From: an uncultured bacterium
GTDB taxonomy: Bacteria; Oederibacteriota; JAAXVQ01; JAUVAV01
Direction: 5' to 3'
Length of the DNA: 64,000 nucleotides
Assembly (NCBI GenBank): GCA_963710755.1
Contig: CAVQBK010000003.1
Span: 608,001-672,000 of the forward strand
Under the pieces are notes generated by a model. That model ran no database searches and had not been told where the DNA came from. It worked only from the letters and a program-made list of their open reading frames with translations. This document shows positions 1-9,499 of this stretch, one piece after another. The translations under genes and the position numbers were made by a program. The first letter of the stretch is position 1. The number at the start of each line of letters is the position of its first letter.

Positions 1-140
1 AGTGGCCGGCGCAGGTGACTGTAACTATAGTTCCAGGGCAAATGGGGCATCACCAGGCTGCTCAAAACCAAAAGCGCGAAAGCAGGGTGAACATAATGAC
101 CACGATAAAACCATTGAGTGCTGTTTATTTGTTGCTGCAT
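1..140 (-). CDS. 5' part of a probable gene running off the window (starts MQQQI), possibly degenerate
   Basis: ATG at 140 (minus strand) with GGAGGGAAGG RBS upstream; frame open to the window edge; same MQQQI start as the gene at 26913. Confidence 0.35.
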   Translation of the reverse strand, partial: MQQQINSTQWFYRGHYVHPAFALLVLSSLVMPHLPWNYSYSHLRRP

Positions 141-181
141 AGAAACCTTCCCTCCTTGTGGCACTATCAATCATGTCCCTA

Positions 182-1504
182 TCATTTCTTGTAAATCTCC
201 ACCTGGCATGTGCTGGTGATCTCTCCGCTTTGCTCTTTCACCAGCGCCAGGCTGCGGGTGGCATAAACTTCCTTGATTTCCACGGAAGCAATGGTTTGAC
301 CATTGCTGATAATAACGCCTCGCCATCCGGGCCGTAGTCTTTTGTTTTTCCCCACGCTTAATATCACATTTTTTACCTGGTCTCCAACTTTCCCCATCTC
401 CAATATTTCAGACATGATGGGCGGTTCCGGCGTCGGGGCTGCGGTTGGCGCCGGCTGCGCGGCGGGGGCGGCAACGGGTTTGGGGGCGGGGGTCGGCGTA
501 GGTTTCGGTGTTTTACGGGGCCGGACTTTTTCCACCCATTGTTGACGCTGCGGATCGGACGCCAGCGTATAGGTGAGCGCGATTTTATGAAGGGAATTCA
601 TGTCCGACATGTAGGTGAAAGCATAGTCCAACTGCACCATTCGGTAACGAAAGCCCAGGCCCACGCTAAAGGTGTCAAGGGAATAGCCGAATTTGTACCC
701 GGCGCGGATGGCCAGCATTTTGGCATACCAGTACTCCGCCCCCACATTGGCGCGCAGGTTTTCGTCCAGGGTATAGACCAAGTCACCGGCCACCACCAGA
801 TCCTGACCCAGCAGATGTTTCAAGGAATAGGCCAAGCCCAGGCGCGCTTCCATGGGCAAAGGCTCCGAGGCTTCCAGATAGGTCATCGGCAGGCCCACAT
901 TGCGCAGCGCCAGCCCCACCCTGAGATCACGCGTCAGTTCCTTGAGCTGATACTGGAAACCCAAATCCCCGGCTACGGAATAAGCGGTGGCTCGCTCCAG
1001 GAGATCGGAGTAGATGCCTTTGATATTCACGCCTACCAGCACTTCATAACCAATCAGGTCGAGCAGATCGTAGGCCGCGGAGATGGCGGCCGTATAATCG
1101 CGTTCCGCCGAGAGGTTCTGGCTGGTGCCATTGTCCTGCAGCCATTCAAACGTGCCCGCATCGTAGGCCATGAGGTTCACCCCAAAAGACCAGTCCAGGC
1201 CATAGGGCATGGAAAAAGACAGGGCCGTCAGGGAATCATCCAGCAAGCCGTGATAAAACATGGCGGAAATGTCCTGGCGAAAAGCCCGGTACAGGCCGGC
1301 CGGGTTCCAGCCCACGGCGCCTGCCTCGCTGTCCGCAAGGGCGGTAAACGCCCCGCCCATGGCCTCCGCCCGGGGGTTGTTGTCAAAGGTCAGAATGATT
1401 CCCGACGACGACCCGCTGCCTGTGGAGGCCGGACATGGTTGCACCCAGACGCCGGCAAGAAGAGTGAAGACCGAAATGACAAGGGTGGTTATTTTTTTTA
1501 TCAT
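182..1504 (-). CDS. PorV/PorQ-like outer-membrane beta-barrel with Pro/Thr/Ala linker and C-terminal FlgT-C-like beta domain
   Basis: Signal peptide; PRAEAMGGAFTALAD...WNPAGL motif; RAGYKFG...GLGF...LDYAF barrel end; PTPTPAP linker. Confidence 0.8.
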   Translation of the reverse strand: MIKKITTLVISVFTLLAGVWVQPCPASTGSGSSSGIILTFDNNPRAEAMGGAFTALADSEAGAVGWNPAGLYRAFRQDISAMFYHGLLDDSLTALSFSMPYGLDWSFGVNLMAYDAGTFEWLQDNGTSQNLSAERDYTAAISAAYDLLDLIGYEVLVGVNIKGIYSDLLERATAYSVAGDLGFQYQLKELTRDLRVGLALRNVGLPMTYLEASEPLPMEARLGLAYSLKHLLGQDLVVAGDLVYTLDENLRANVGAEYWYAKMLAIRAGYKFGYSLDTFSVGLGFRYRMVQLDYAFTYMSDMNSLHKIALTYTLASDPQRQQWVEKVRPRKTPKPTPTPAPKPVAAPAAQPAPTAAPTPEPPIMSEILEMGKVGDQVKNVILSVGKNKRLRPGWRGVIISNGQTIASVEIKEVYATRSLALVKEQSGEITSTCQVEIYKK

Positions 1505-1560
1505 AGGTTAAGACTCCTTTCGTTTGCCCCGAGAGATAGCAATGGATGAGGAAGGGGAGA

Positions 1561-2499
1561 TTACAGTTCCAGATTTCTAAACCGGCCATGATCCGCTTGG
1601 GATGGGCTGTCTTCAGGTTGCGGTGAGGCAGGCCGAGCATCCGCCTCTTTTACCGCATTGGGCGCGCCCAGGCTATGCATCTGCGGTTTGATTTCCACTT
1701 CACGGTCATGAAACATGAGAAAGACTTTTCCTGCCTCCACCCGGAAGCGCCGCAGCTCGGGAAAGCGGTATTGGCGCATGAGCAATTCCAACAGCGCGGC
1801 AAAATTGGGACAGCGATCAAATTCGAGCGCCGGTTCGGGCGCAGGCGCCGCGGCTTGCGGCGTTTCCAGGAACAAGGCGCCCGCTGTCCGGGCCTTGTCC
1901 CAGTTCACGCCCCTTAACTGACAATCATAAAAAAGAGCCTCCGTGAAATCCGCGTCCGTGACATCCGCATCGGACAGATCCGTTCCCAGCCACAGGGATT
2001 GCGAGAAATCACCGCGCCGCAGATCGGGTCTGCCCAGGTAATTGTTCGTGATAAAGCGGCAATGAATCAGCCGCGCCTGGCGCCAGGAGGCGCCGGTAAA
2101 TTCCGTGTTTTGAAAAAGCGTGTTATGGGCCTGCATCCCGTCCAGCAGGGCATTTTGAAAATTACAGCCCGACAATTCGCAATCCAGCCAATGGCTGTGG
2201 CGCATAGCCGCTTCCTTGGCATCGCAGTTTTCCAAGATGCCGTGCTCCCAGACGCTTTGCGGCAAGCAAGCCTGGGCCAGATTGCACGACGCCAGGCGCG
2301 AGCTGAGCAATTTGAAGCCGGGAACCACGCGGCCGGCCAGCCGCAGACGGGATAGGGTGGCGTTGATAAGGAGAAGGTCCCCGGCCTTGTCGCCGGATAA
2401 ATCCATATCCTCCCAATGCCCGTCCTTTAAGGTAAAAGGTTCCGGCGGGCCGGGCCTGGAGGGGGGCTCGTTTTCGATGAATCCACCGGGCCGGTTCAT
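1561..2499 (-). CDS. Pentapeptide-repeat protein with an extra C-terminal domain
   Basis: Runs such as DLSDADVTDADFTEA and CNFQNALLDG; ends GRFRNLEL. Confidence 0.8.
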   Translation of the reverse strand: MNRPGGFIENEPPSRPGPPEPFTLKDGHWEDMDLSGDKAGDLLLINATLSRLRLAGRVVPGFKLLSSRLASCNLAQACLPQSVWEHGILENCDAKEAAMRHSHWLDCELSGCNFQNALLDGMQAHNTLFQNTEFTGASWRQARLIHCRFITNNYLGRPDLRRGDFSQSLWLGTDLSDADVTDADFTEALFYDCQLRGVNWDKARTAGALFLETPQAAAPAPEPALEFDRCPNFAALLELLMRQYRFPELRRFRVEAGKVFLMFHDREVEIKPQMHSLGAPNAVKEADARPASPQPEDSPSQADHGRFRNLEL

Positions 2500-2502
2500 G
2501 GC

Positions 2503-2922
2503 TTAGGCCTCGGATAACACGGCATTGCCCGTACGGCGCGCTTCGCCTTCGGGCGTATAGGCGGAAAAACAATCTTCCAGTTGCAGCGGTTGTTCGGTCT
2601 GGCAATGAGGACAGGAAAAGGTCAGGGTTGTCGGCTGGTCCGTATTAATGCGGTTGTAGAGTTCCTGCAGAAAAACAAAGTCAGCCTGGAATAAATTTTC
2701 CAGCACTTCCAGGTTGATTTCCTTGATTGCGCCCAGCTGGGTCACCGTGCGCGCCAGGAGCAGCAGGGACATCATGGCCGGGTTTTTTTGTACCCGCGAA
2801 TCCGCGGCGGTCTCGATTTCATCCTTGGCCGTGACCAGACGCATCACCCCTTCGCGGTGCACGCGGCTGTTAGCGTCCTGATAGCCAAGCGGCAAGACAA
2901 ATTCATATTCTGTTTTAAGCAT
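2503..2922 (-). CDS. Phage tail assembly chaperone (eCIS-type), paralog of 9500..9862
   Basis: KTEYEFVLPLGY..G.MRL.TAKD...D.RV.KN...LL.R.VT.LG...LF.AD..L...Y.RIN...CPHC aligns by eye with 9500..9862. Confidence 0.8.
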   Translation of the reverse strand: MLKTEYEFVLPLGYQDANSRVHREGVMRLVTAKDEIETAADSRVQKNPAMMSLLLLARTVTQLGAIKEINLEVLENLFQADFVFLQELYNRINTDQPTTLTFSCPHCQTEQPLQLEDCFSAYTPEGEARRTGNAVLSEA

Positions 2923-3016
2923 GAAGGTCCCCTTATTAAATCAAAGATGCCGTGGCTTGCCACGGGGATACAGCTTTCCCTGGCCCCAATGCTCCACACC
3001 CTGGTTGTGGAGAAAG

Positions 3017-3220
3017 TTACTCTTTGGTTTCCACAATCCGCCCCTGCTGCGCCTGAGGGGCGTAGTAGTCCGTGGTTTTTTCCACGCGCACTGTTTCTCC
3101 CAGTGCCTCCTGCAAGGCGCGGGTGGCTTCCAGGCAGCGCGGTCCGGAGATGCCGCGCACATGCACGGTCACGTGGCCCTGGCTGTCGATGGTAATTTCC
3201 AGTTCCTGTTTTATTGCCAT
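3017..3220 (-). CDS. DUF2997 family protein
   Basis: EITIDSQGHVTVHVRGISGPRCLEATRALQEALG...KTTDYY; overlaps the DUF1257 gene stop. Confidence 0.8.
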   Translation of the reverse strand: MAIKQELEITIDSQGHVTVHVRGISGPRCLEATRALQEALGETVRVEKTTDYYAPQAQQGRIVETKE

Positions 3221-3615
3221 CGTCGCACCGTCAGGGTAATATTTTGATTTTCAGCCGTGGTTTCCCCGGCCACGGCATAGCCTTGGGCTTTGACTTCCCG
3301 CACCACTTTGAGGTAGGCATAGCGCTGCACGATTTTTTGCACCCACTCGGCCTGGGTGGCGCCGGAGGCGGTTTCAATACCCCACCAATCGGCAATCAAT
3401 TCATAGCTGCCGTCGGCCTTGCGCCGCACGCCGATGTCATAGGGCGTGCCCGTGCGGATGACCACATCTGCTTCCATGTCCACGCCATTCCAGCCGCGCA
3501 CCTTGACCTGGGCGCCTGCTTGGGCTGGCTGCCAGTCTAAATTCAAGACCGTGAGCGCCTCCTGCAGACAAACCAAATCCTTGATTTGGGTTTCGACTTC
3601 CGTAATATGGGACAT
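3211..3615 (-). CDS. DUF1257 (Ycf35-like) protein
   Basis: MSHITEVETQIKDL..L..AL...YDIG....DGSYELIADWW...QRYAY......GY; start placed at the MSH ATG just after the AAA stop. Confidence 0.85.
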   Translation of the reverse strand: MSHITEVETQIKDLVCLQEALTVLNLDWQPAQAGAQVKVRGWNGVDMEADVVIRTGTPYDIGVRRKADGSYELIADWWGIETASGATQAEWVQKIVQRYAYLKVVREVKAQGYAVAGETTAENQNITLTVRRWQ

Positions 3616-3617
3616 GG

Positions 3618-5156
3618 CTATTGGCTCATTTCCAGTTTGCGTGCTTGTCCGTCCGGCATTTCCGAAGGCGTCGAGGCGCGGCGCGCGCGCGACGCCGCCC
3701 ATTGCCGGATAGCGATGATTTCCTGTTCCAGGGTGCGGGACAAGGGCACGGTTTCGCGCAAAGCCTGTAAAATCTGACGGGTGGACAATTCGCTGTCCGC
3801 CTCAAAAGCATCATACAAAGCGGCAATGACCGCCTGCTCAATTTCGGAACCGCTGTAGCCGTCGCTGTTTTTGACCAGCTCATCCATGGAAAAATCTCCA
3901 GCCTGGCGCCGTCGTTTTTCCAGATGGATACGGAAGATATCGGCCCGCTCGGCGGCATTGGGCAGGTCCACGAAAAAAATATCATCAAAACGTCCCTTGC
4001 GCAGCAGCTCCGGAGGTAACTGGTTGACATTGTTGGCCGTGGCCACCACGAAAACGGGTTTGATTTTTTCCTGCAGCCAGGTAATAAAAGTTCCGAAAAC
4101 GCGGGCCGTAGTGCCGGCGTCGGAAAAGGTGGAACTTTGAGTGCCGGCAAAGCCTTTTTCCAGCTCATCCAGCCAGAGAATGGACGGCGCCACGGCTTCC
4201 GCGGTTTCAAAAGTCCGGCGCATATTTTCTTCCGATGATCCCACCACCCCGGAAAATATTTTTCCCATGTCCAGGCGCAGCAGTGGAAGTTTCCATAAGC
4301 TGCCGATGGCTTTCGCGGTCAGCGATTTTCCGCAGCCGGGTATGCCGATTAAAAGGATGCCTTTGGGATAGGGCAGCCCGAAATCCCGGGCCTTCTGGGA
4401 AAAGGCCAGACCGCGTTTGCGCAGCCACACTTTTAAAAATTCCAGGCCTCCGATATCCTCCAGCTGTTCGCGGGCCGGATAAAATTCCAGCACCCCTGAT
4501 TTGCGGATAATCTGCTCTTTTTCTCCCAGTACCACGTCCAAATCCAGGCTGGAGGTCTTAATTAGACTTTTAGCAAAAACATTTTCCGCCTCTTCGGCGG
4601 TCAGCCCCAGGGCGGCTTCCACGATGCGTTCCGTTTGATCCCCATCGGGCCTTGCCAGGGTTTGATCGGGCAAAGAAGCCCACATCTTATCCAGCAGGCG
4701 GGCCAAGTCCTGCGCTTGCGGCAGGTGAAAATGGACCAGGGCAACGGTCTTTTCCAACTCCGGAGGAATTTTGGGCAGCGGCGAAAGGAACAGCAGGGTC
4801 TTGTAGCTGGTTTTTAAAGCGTGGGCCGCATCGCGCAATTTGCGCACCACCCCCGGATCGGAAAGGTATGGGTGGAAATCAAGCAGCACAAAAAGCGCGC
4901 TCTCCTGGCTGGAGATTACCGCGTCCAGGGCGCGCAAAGGATCTTTTACATCCAGGAGTTGATTGAGGGTTTCATTGGCCAGGCCTTGGGTGATGGTCCA
5001 ACGCAGGAAGTGTTTGCCCCGGTGGTGCGCCAGGGACTTTAATCCCTGCAAAACCCGCTCCTCCTCATGTGAGACAATATAGATCAGCGGATAGCGCGCG
5101 CGGATCAGGCAATCGATTTCGGCAAGTGATTCGGAAGCAGACAGCTGTTCAGGCAT
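3618..5156 (-). CDS. Ycf46-like AAA+ ATPase
   Basis: [18 protein letters not shown]-terminus; Walker A GIPGCGKS; Walker [10 protein letters not shown]; [12 protein letters not shown]. Confidence 0.9.
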   Translation of the reverse strand: MPEQLSASESLAEIDCLIRARYPLIYIVSHEEERVLQGLKSLAHHRGKHFLRWTITQGLANETLNQLLDVKDPLRALDAVISSQESALFVLLDFHPYLSDPGVVRKLRDAAHALKTSYKTLLFLSPLPKIPPELEKTVALVHFHLPQAQDLARLLDKMWASLPDQTLARPDGDQTERIVEAALGLTAEEAENVFAKSLIKTSSLDLDVVLGEKEQIIRKSGVLEFYPAREQLEDIGGLEFLKVWLRKRGLAFSQKARDFGLPYPKGILLIGIPGCGKSLTAKAIGSLWKLPLLRLDMGKIFSGVVGSSEENMRRTFETAEAVAPSILWLDELEKGFAGTQSSTFSDAGTTARVFGTFITWLQEKIKPVFVVATANNVNQLPPELLRKGRFDDIFFVDLPNAAERADIFRIHLEKRRRQAGDFSMDELVKNSDGYSGSEIEQAVIAALYDAFEADSELSTRQILQALRETVPLSRTLEQEIIAIRQWAASRARRASTPSEMPDGQARKLEMSQ

Positions 5157-5175
5157 GGCGTTTCGTCCCCTTGAA

Positions 5176-6312
5176 TCAGCGTTTGGTCTTTAAAACGTCC
5201 TTGGAATAGTAGGGAGTGTATTTGCAAAACAGGCATTCGTCCCAGTCGTCCTTCATCACCCGCTTGCACGCGGGACAGCGGCGCTTATAGCCTGGGACAG
5301 GCGCGGTCAAAAACCAAACCAGGGCCAGAATAATCAACGAGGCGGCGAGCACAATCAGCACAATGCGCAGCACTTTTTGCCAGAAGGTCAGGGGCTTGGC
5401 AATGGCCAGAAACCCTTTGGTTCCGACCACTTCCTTGCCACCCAACGTGTTTTTAAGGGTAAGCTGGTGCATTTGGCCGTCGCCCTGGATGCCGCGGCTG
5501 CGGAACTTGATCACAAATCCTTTTTGAATTTGATTCAGTATGTTCAGCACATTCTGGGACAACAGGGATTCTTTGGCGGCAAAAAGGTAGGCGCCGCCGC
5601 TGCTTTCCGCAATGGACTTGATCTGAGGCAGATAACTGCCGGAAAGCAGGGTATACCCAATGGCATAAATGGGAATATTGCTTTTTTTGATTCGTTGCTG
5701 CAGTTCGGCTTTGGTGAGAATAATACCACTGTTGCGGCCATCGGTGATCACGAGGATGGCCTTGCGTTGGACGGTGGATTTGGAGAGTGTTTCCAGGGCC
5801 TGCCAAAGCGCATCGTAGAGCGTGACTTCGTCACCAAAGGTGTTCATTTTTCTGATCTTGATACGGCGGTCCTCTTTTTTGTCGTTGGCGCTGGAAACGG
5901 TCTCTACCCGGTCGCCATACGCCAAAATGGTCATTTGATCATGGGGGCTAAGCTTGGAGGCCAGGTGCAGCACGGCTTTCTTTTCGTTTTCCAAAGGCTG
6001 CCCTTTCATGACACCGCTGGCCATGAGGACCACGGCCAGATGAACGCCTTCCCGGCTGAATTTAAAAGGCACGGCGTTCAACCGGGCGCGGCTGGTGGCG
6101 CCGTCTTCGAGCAAACTCCAGGAAGAGGGTTGAACATCGGTGACAGGCTGCTCCTGCTGGTTCAGCAAGGTGGCGTAAACCGTCAGATCGGGAAAACGGT
6201 CGGCGTCAATTTGATCGATGCGCAAATGGCCGGCGTAGGCGGATTTTCCCGCCACCAGGCATAGCGCCAAGATCAGGAAGGTTCGTTTCCAAACAACATT
6301 CGTTGATGTCAT
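5176..6312 (-). CDS. Exported vWA-domain protein with C-terminal TM helix and zinc ribbon
   Basis: Signal peptide; degenerate MIDAS (MASGVM...TLYDAL...VITDGRN); TM IVLIVLAASLIILALVWFL; CPAC...CLFC. Confidence 0.8.
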   Translation of the reverse strand: MTSTNVVWKRTFLILALCLVAGKSAYAGHLRIDQIDADRFPDLTVYATLLNQQEQPVTDVQPSSWSLLEDGATSRARLNAVPFKFSREGVHLAVVLMASGVMKGQPLENEKKAVLHLASKLSPHDQMTILAYGDRVETVSSANDKKEDRRIKIRKMNTFGDEVTLYDALWQALETLSKSTVQRKAILVITDGRNSGIILTKAELQQRIKKSNIPIYAIGYTLLSGSYLPQIKSIAESSGGAYLFAAKESLLSQNVLNILNQIQKGFVIKFRSRGIQGDGQMHQLTLKNTLGGKEVVGTKGFLAIAKPLTFWQKVLRIVLIVLAASLIILALVWFLTAPVPGYKRRCPACKRVMKDDWDECLFCKYTPYYSKDVLKTKR

Positions 6313-6322
6313 GCCTGCACCT

Positions 6323-6718
6323 TTATCGTTTTAATAAAAATTTGGGAACGCATTTAAAAATAAATTCCAAATCCCCTAATTGCAAAGGATAGTTATCGAT
6401 CAACTCGGCATCATGAACCTGCGCGCCATTGACGCGCGTGCCTTTGGTGGAATTCAAATCGGCCAAAGTGAATTCGTCGCCGTTCATATTGCGGATAAAG
6501 GCGTGTTCCGGTGAAATGGAGGTATGCTTTAAGACAATATCATTTTTATCCAAAGAGCCAATGGTGTTTTTGCCCTCGCGAATGGGAAAATCCATGCCCA
6601 AATAAAGGCCATTGGTGCCCAGCAGCCAGCCTACGACCGGTTTGAGGCAGGTGGGACAAATTTTCCAGGAAGGATGCATTATATGTTTTTTTCTGCAAAC
6701 TTTTAATCTTCTCAGCAT
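6323..6718 (-). CDS. Zinc-ribbon plus FHA domain protein
   Basis: CRKKH..W..CPTC, then NTIGS...ISPEHA...DLNSTKGTRVNG. Confidence 0.85.
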   Translation of the reverse strand: MLRRLKVCRKKHIMHPSWKICPTCLKPVVGWLLGTNGLYLGMDFPIREGKNTIGSLDKNDIVLKHTSISPEHAFIRNMNGDEFTLADLNSTKGTRVNGAQVHDAELIDNYPLQLGDLEFIFKCVPKFLLKR

Positions 6719-7064
6719 AATCCTTGATCTCCATTGGCCGGACTAGCGTAGCCGCAGTTTCACAAAACAAATACTCATTATCCATGTTTAGGCTTGGAAA
6801 GCAAGGAGTTTTTGGACGTGGCCGATCGGGCAAGGATGGCGGGAAGCCCTTGTTAATCATATAAAGCCGAAAGTGTGTCAATTAAAGCTTCCCTTACGCA
6901 AACATTTGGTTTAAAATTTCCCAGTTCCATAAAATAAGATTTTTGTCTTAATTAATCTATTAAGAAGATTTTTGCCTACATTCTATATAAAATGCCATAC
7001 AGCAAGCCGTCCGGTGTTTAGTCCTGAAGTGATGAACATTTAATGCATTCATTCAAGCCAGTAC

Positions 7065-7081
7065 GGGGCATTGTAGTTGCA
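7065..7081 (+). promoter_or_regulatory. Candidate sigma-54 (-24/-12) promoter of the eCIS structural operon
   Basis: GGGGCATTGTAGTTGCA: GG(7067-68)-N10-GC(7079-80) with TTGCA core, about 40 nt before ATG 7120. Confidence 0.5.
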
Positions 7082-7119
7082 CAATAAAGGCCATGACTTG
7101 ATGTGTTTAAAGGAAATCA

Positions 7120-7695
7120 ATGACGGAGAGTGCTGTTTCCATGGATCCTATCAACTGTATAGAAGCGATGGGCGCTTTTCTCAAAGAGAAGGTTCACGAG
7201 CATCATCAATTAACTCTTGGGATGGAATTCAATCCGCCTACTGATGAGCGCCTGCGTGAAAAAAAATTATTCATCTTTCCTTATGAAATCAAAGAAGACC
7301 TTTTAAAAGCCAATAAAAGCAGAAGCCATTTCACCGCCACCGATAAAAATGGAAAACCCTATGAATACGAAACCCTGCCGCCCTTTTATGGACAGCTCAC
7401 CCTGATCCTGACCTGCAATGCGGAATCCTCCCTGCATAGTTCGATTCTCCTGCTTAAGGTTCAGCAAATCATACAAGAATACGGCACCTTTAAAGTTCAG
7501 GACGAAGTCGTGCCCTTCAAAATACTTTCATCATTTTCCATGTCAAATTTGGCGGACCTATGGCGCAGCCTGGGCGTGCCTTTTCGACCGGCTTTAGCCA
7601 TGCAGATAAACCTGGAATTGGCACCAGTGCGCCGCTGGAACATCAAATTGGTTAAAGAACGGATTATTCATACCAGTATTAATGAAGATAAATAA
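7120..7695 (+). CDS. eCIS tail terminator/cap (DUF4255, Afp16/Pvc16-like)
   Basis: LFIFPYEIKED...LPP...LADLWRSLGVPFRPAL...VKER; first gene before the sheath. Confidence 0.8.
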   Translation: MTESAVSMDPINCIEAMGAFLKEKVHEHHQLTLGMEFNPPTDERLREKKLFIFPYEIKEDLLKANKSRSHFTATDKNGKPYEYETLPPFYGQLTLILTCNAESSLHSSILLLKVQQIIQEYGTFKVQDEVVPFKILSSFSMSNLADLWRSLGVPFRPALAMQINLELAPVRRWNIKLVKERIIHTSINEDK

Positions 7696-7721
7696 AATAA
7701 ATCAGCACAAAGGGGGTAAGC

Positions 7722-8915
7722 ATGCCAACGTATCAAACACCGGGAGTGTATGTGGAAGAAAGGGAAGGAACGTCCAAACCCATCGAGTCGGTGGGAACAT
7801 CGGTGGTGGGCTTTTTGGGTATCTCCCAAAAAGGGCCCGTCAATGAACCGAAATTAATTACCAATTGGTCTCAATTTACGGCCACCTTCGGCGATTTTGA
7901 ACACAGCGACTATTTGGCCCATGCGGTTTACGGATTTTTTGCCAATGGCGGTGGGCGTTGCTATGTCAGCAATGTAGGGTCCGGCAAGGATGATCGCCGA
8001 AAAAATATCGAACCGCCCAAGGAAGGGCAGCCAGCCCCCGCGCCGGCGCCGGACAAGGGCTTTGACGCGCTTTTTATCGGCGAGGATAAGGGCCCGGGCG
8101 CGCGTTCGGGAGTAAAGGCTTTTGAAGACATCGATGATATTTCAATTGTGTGCGCGCCGGGCATTACGTCTCCCGCGATTTGGGATGCTTTGTTGTCGCA
8201 TTGCGAAAACAAGAAAGACCGTTTTGCCATTTTGGATTCACCGCGCGAAATCAAAGCCATCGACCAAATGCCCAAACCAAGGGATTCCAAATACGGCGCT
8301 TATTATTTCCCCTGGATCAAGGTCTACGATCCCTTGAAAAAGAAGGAGGTCTCCATGCCGCCGAGCGGCCATATGGCGGGTATTTATTCCTTTGTGGATG
8401 GCTCACGCGGGGTGCATAAGGCACCGGCCAATGAAGTAATACGCGGGGCCCTGGGGTTGGAATACCGCATCAGTCATGGGGAGCAGGAACTGCTCAATCC
8501 CAAGGGGATCAACTGCCTTCGTGAATTCCCCGACCGCGGCATTCGGGTGTGGGGAGCACGCACGATTTCCAGTGATCCGGCCTGGCGTTACATTAACGTG
8601 CGCCGCCTGTTCATTATGGTCGAAAAATCCATAGAAATCGGGACGCAGTGGGTGGTGTTCGAACCGAATGACATGAAACTTTGGAAAAAAATTCAGCGCA
8701 ATATCAGCGCGTTTCTGTTGCGGGTATGGCGCGACGGCGCCCTCTTCGGCACCACGCCGGAGGAAGCTTTTTACGTCAAATGTGACAGCGAAACCAATCC
8801 GCCTGAAGTCATTGACGCGGGTCAGGTGGTGATCGAGGTCGGTATCGCCCCGGTCAAACCCGCGGAATTTGTCATCTTCCGGATAGCCCAGAAAGCGTAT
8901 GGCAAGGAAGACTAA
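7722..8915 (+). CDS. Contractile tail sheath protein (Afp2/3/4-like)
   Basis: MPTYQTPGVYVEE; FFANGG; RFAILD; PPSGH; KAPANE; RVWGART; WRYINVRR; FEPND; PVKPAEFV. Confidence 0.95.
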   Translation: MPTYQTPGVYVEEREGTSKPIESVGTSVVGFLGISQKGPVNEPKLITNWSQFTATFGDFEHSDYLAHAVYGFFANGGGRCYVSNVGSGKDDRRKNIEPPKEGQPAPAPAPDKGFDALFIGEDKGPGARSGVKAFEDIDDISIVCAPGITSPAIWDALLSHCENKKDRFAILDSPREIKAIDQMPKPRDSKYGAYYFPWIKVYDPLKKKEVSMPPSGHMAGIYSFVDGSRGVHKAPANEVIRGALGLEYRISHGEQELLNPKGINCLREFPDRGIRVWGARTISSDPAWRYINVRRLFIMVEKSIEIGTQWVVFEPNDMKLWKKIQRNISAFLLRVWRDGALFGTTPEEAFYVKCDSETNPPEVIDAGQVVIEVGIAPVKPAEFVIFRIAQKAYGKED

Positions 8916-9061
8916 AAGCGACTCAGAAAGAGGATGACTGGTGATCCCTATGGGGATGAAAGGTGACGGGCCCGATCACGGCTAGGGTGGTCGGGCATTG
9001 ACACCAGGCGTGACCGAACTTGCGCACTAGCATTGAACAATATCAAAAAGGAGGATACATT

Positions 9062-9496
9062 ATGGCAACCGGCACTCGGAAAGATCCTTTAATCGGCGGC
9101 AGTTTTATGGTCGAGATAGACGGCATCAACGTGGGTAATTTTAAGGAAGTGACAGGCCTCAATTCCGAAACCGAAGTGGTGGAAGACCGCGGCGGCAAAG
9201 ACCGTACGGCGCGTAAAATTCCCGGCAAGATCAGGTACCAAAATATCGTGCTCAAACGCGGCTGGACCGGTAGCGACGAACTCTGGAAATGGCGTAAATC
9301 GGTCATTGACGGCAAAGTGGAACGCAAATCAGGCTCGATTATTCTCTTAGGTGAAGATGGCGAGACCGAGTTGTTGCGTTACAATTTTTTTGAGGCTTGG
9401 CCGCTTAAGTGGGAAGGACCGACCTTGGCCGGTGGCAGTCAGGATACCATGATCGAAGTTGTGGAGCTGACCCACGAAGGCGTGATGCGGGCTTAA
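9062..9496 (+). CDS. Tail tube protein (T4 gp19/Afp1-like)
   Basis: FMVEIDG..FKEVTGL..KIPGK.RY.NIVLKRG...WPLKWEGP..LTHEG; AGGAGG RBS. Confidence 0.95.
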   Translation: MATGTRKDPLIGGSFMVEIDGINVGNFKEVTGLNSETEVVEDRGGKDRTARKIPGKIRYQNIVLKRGWTGSDELWKWRKSVIDGKVERKSGSIILLGEDGETELLRYNFFEAWPLKWEGPTLAGGSQDTMIEVVELTHEGVMRA

Positions 9497-9499
9497 GCT

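Noticed and set aside
2948-2970. CCGTGGCTTGCCACGG hairpin as an IS200/IS605 end
   Set aside because: Single copy with no transposase; probably an isolated REP-like stem
539-6264. Long plus-strand ORFs (539..1549, 5377..6264 and others)
   Set aside because: Antisense to well-supported minus-strand genes, with no recognisable motifs
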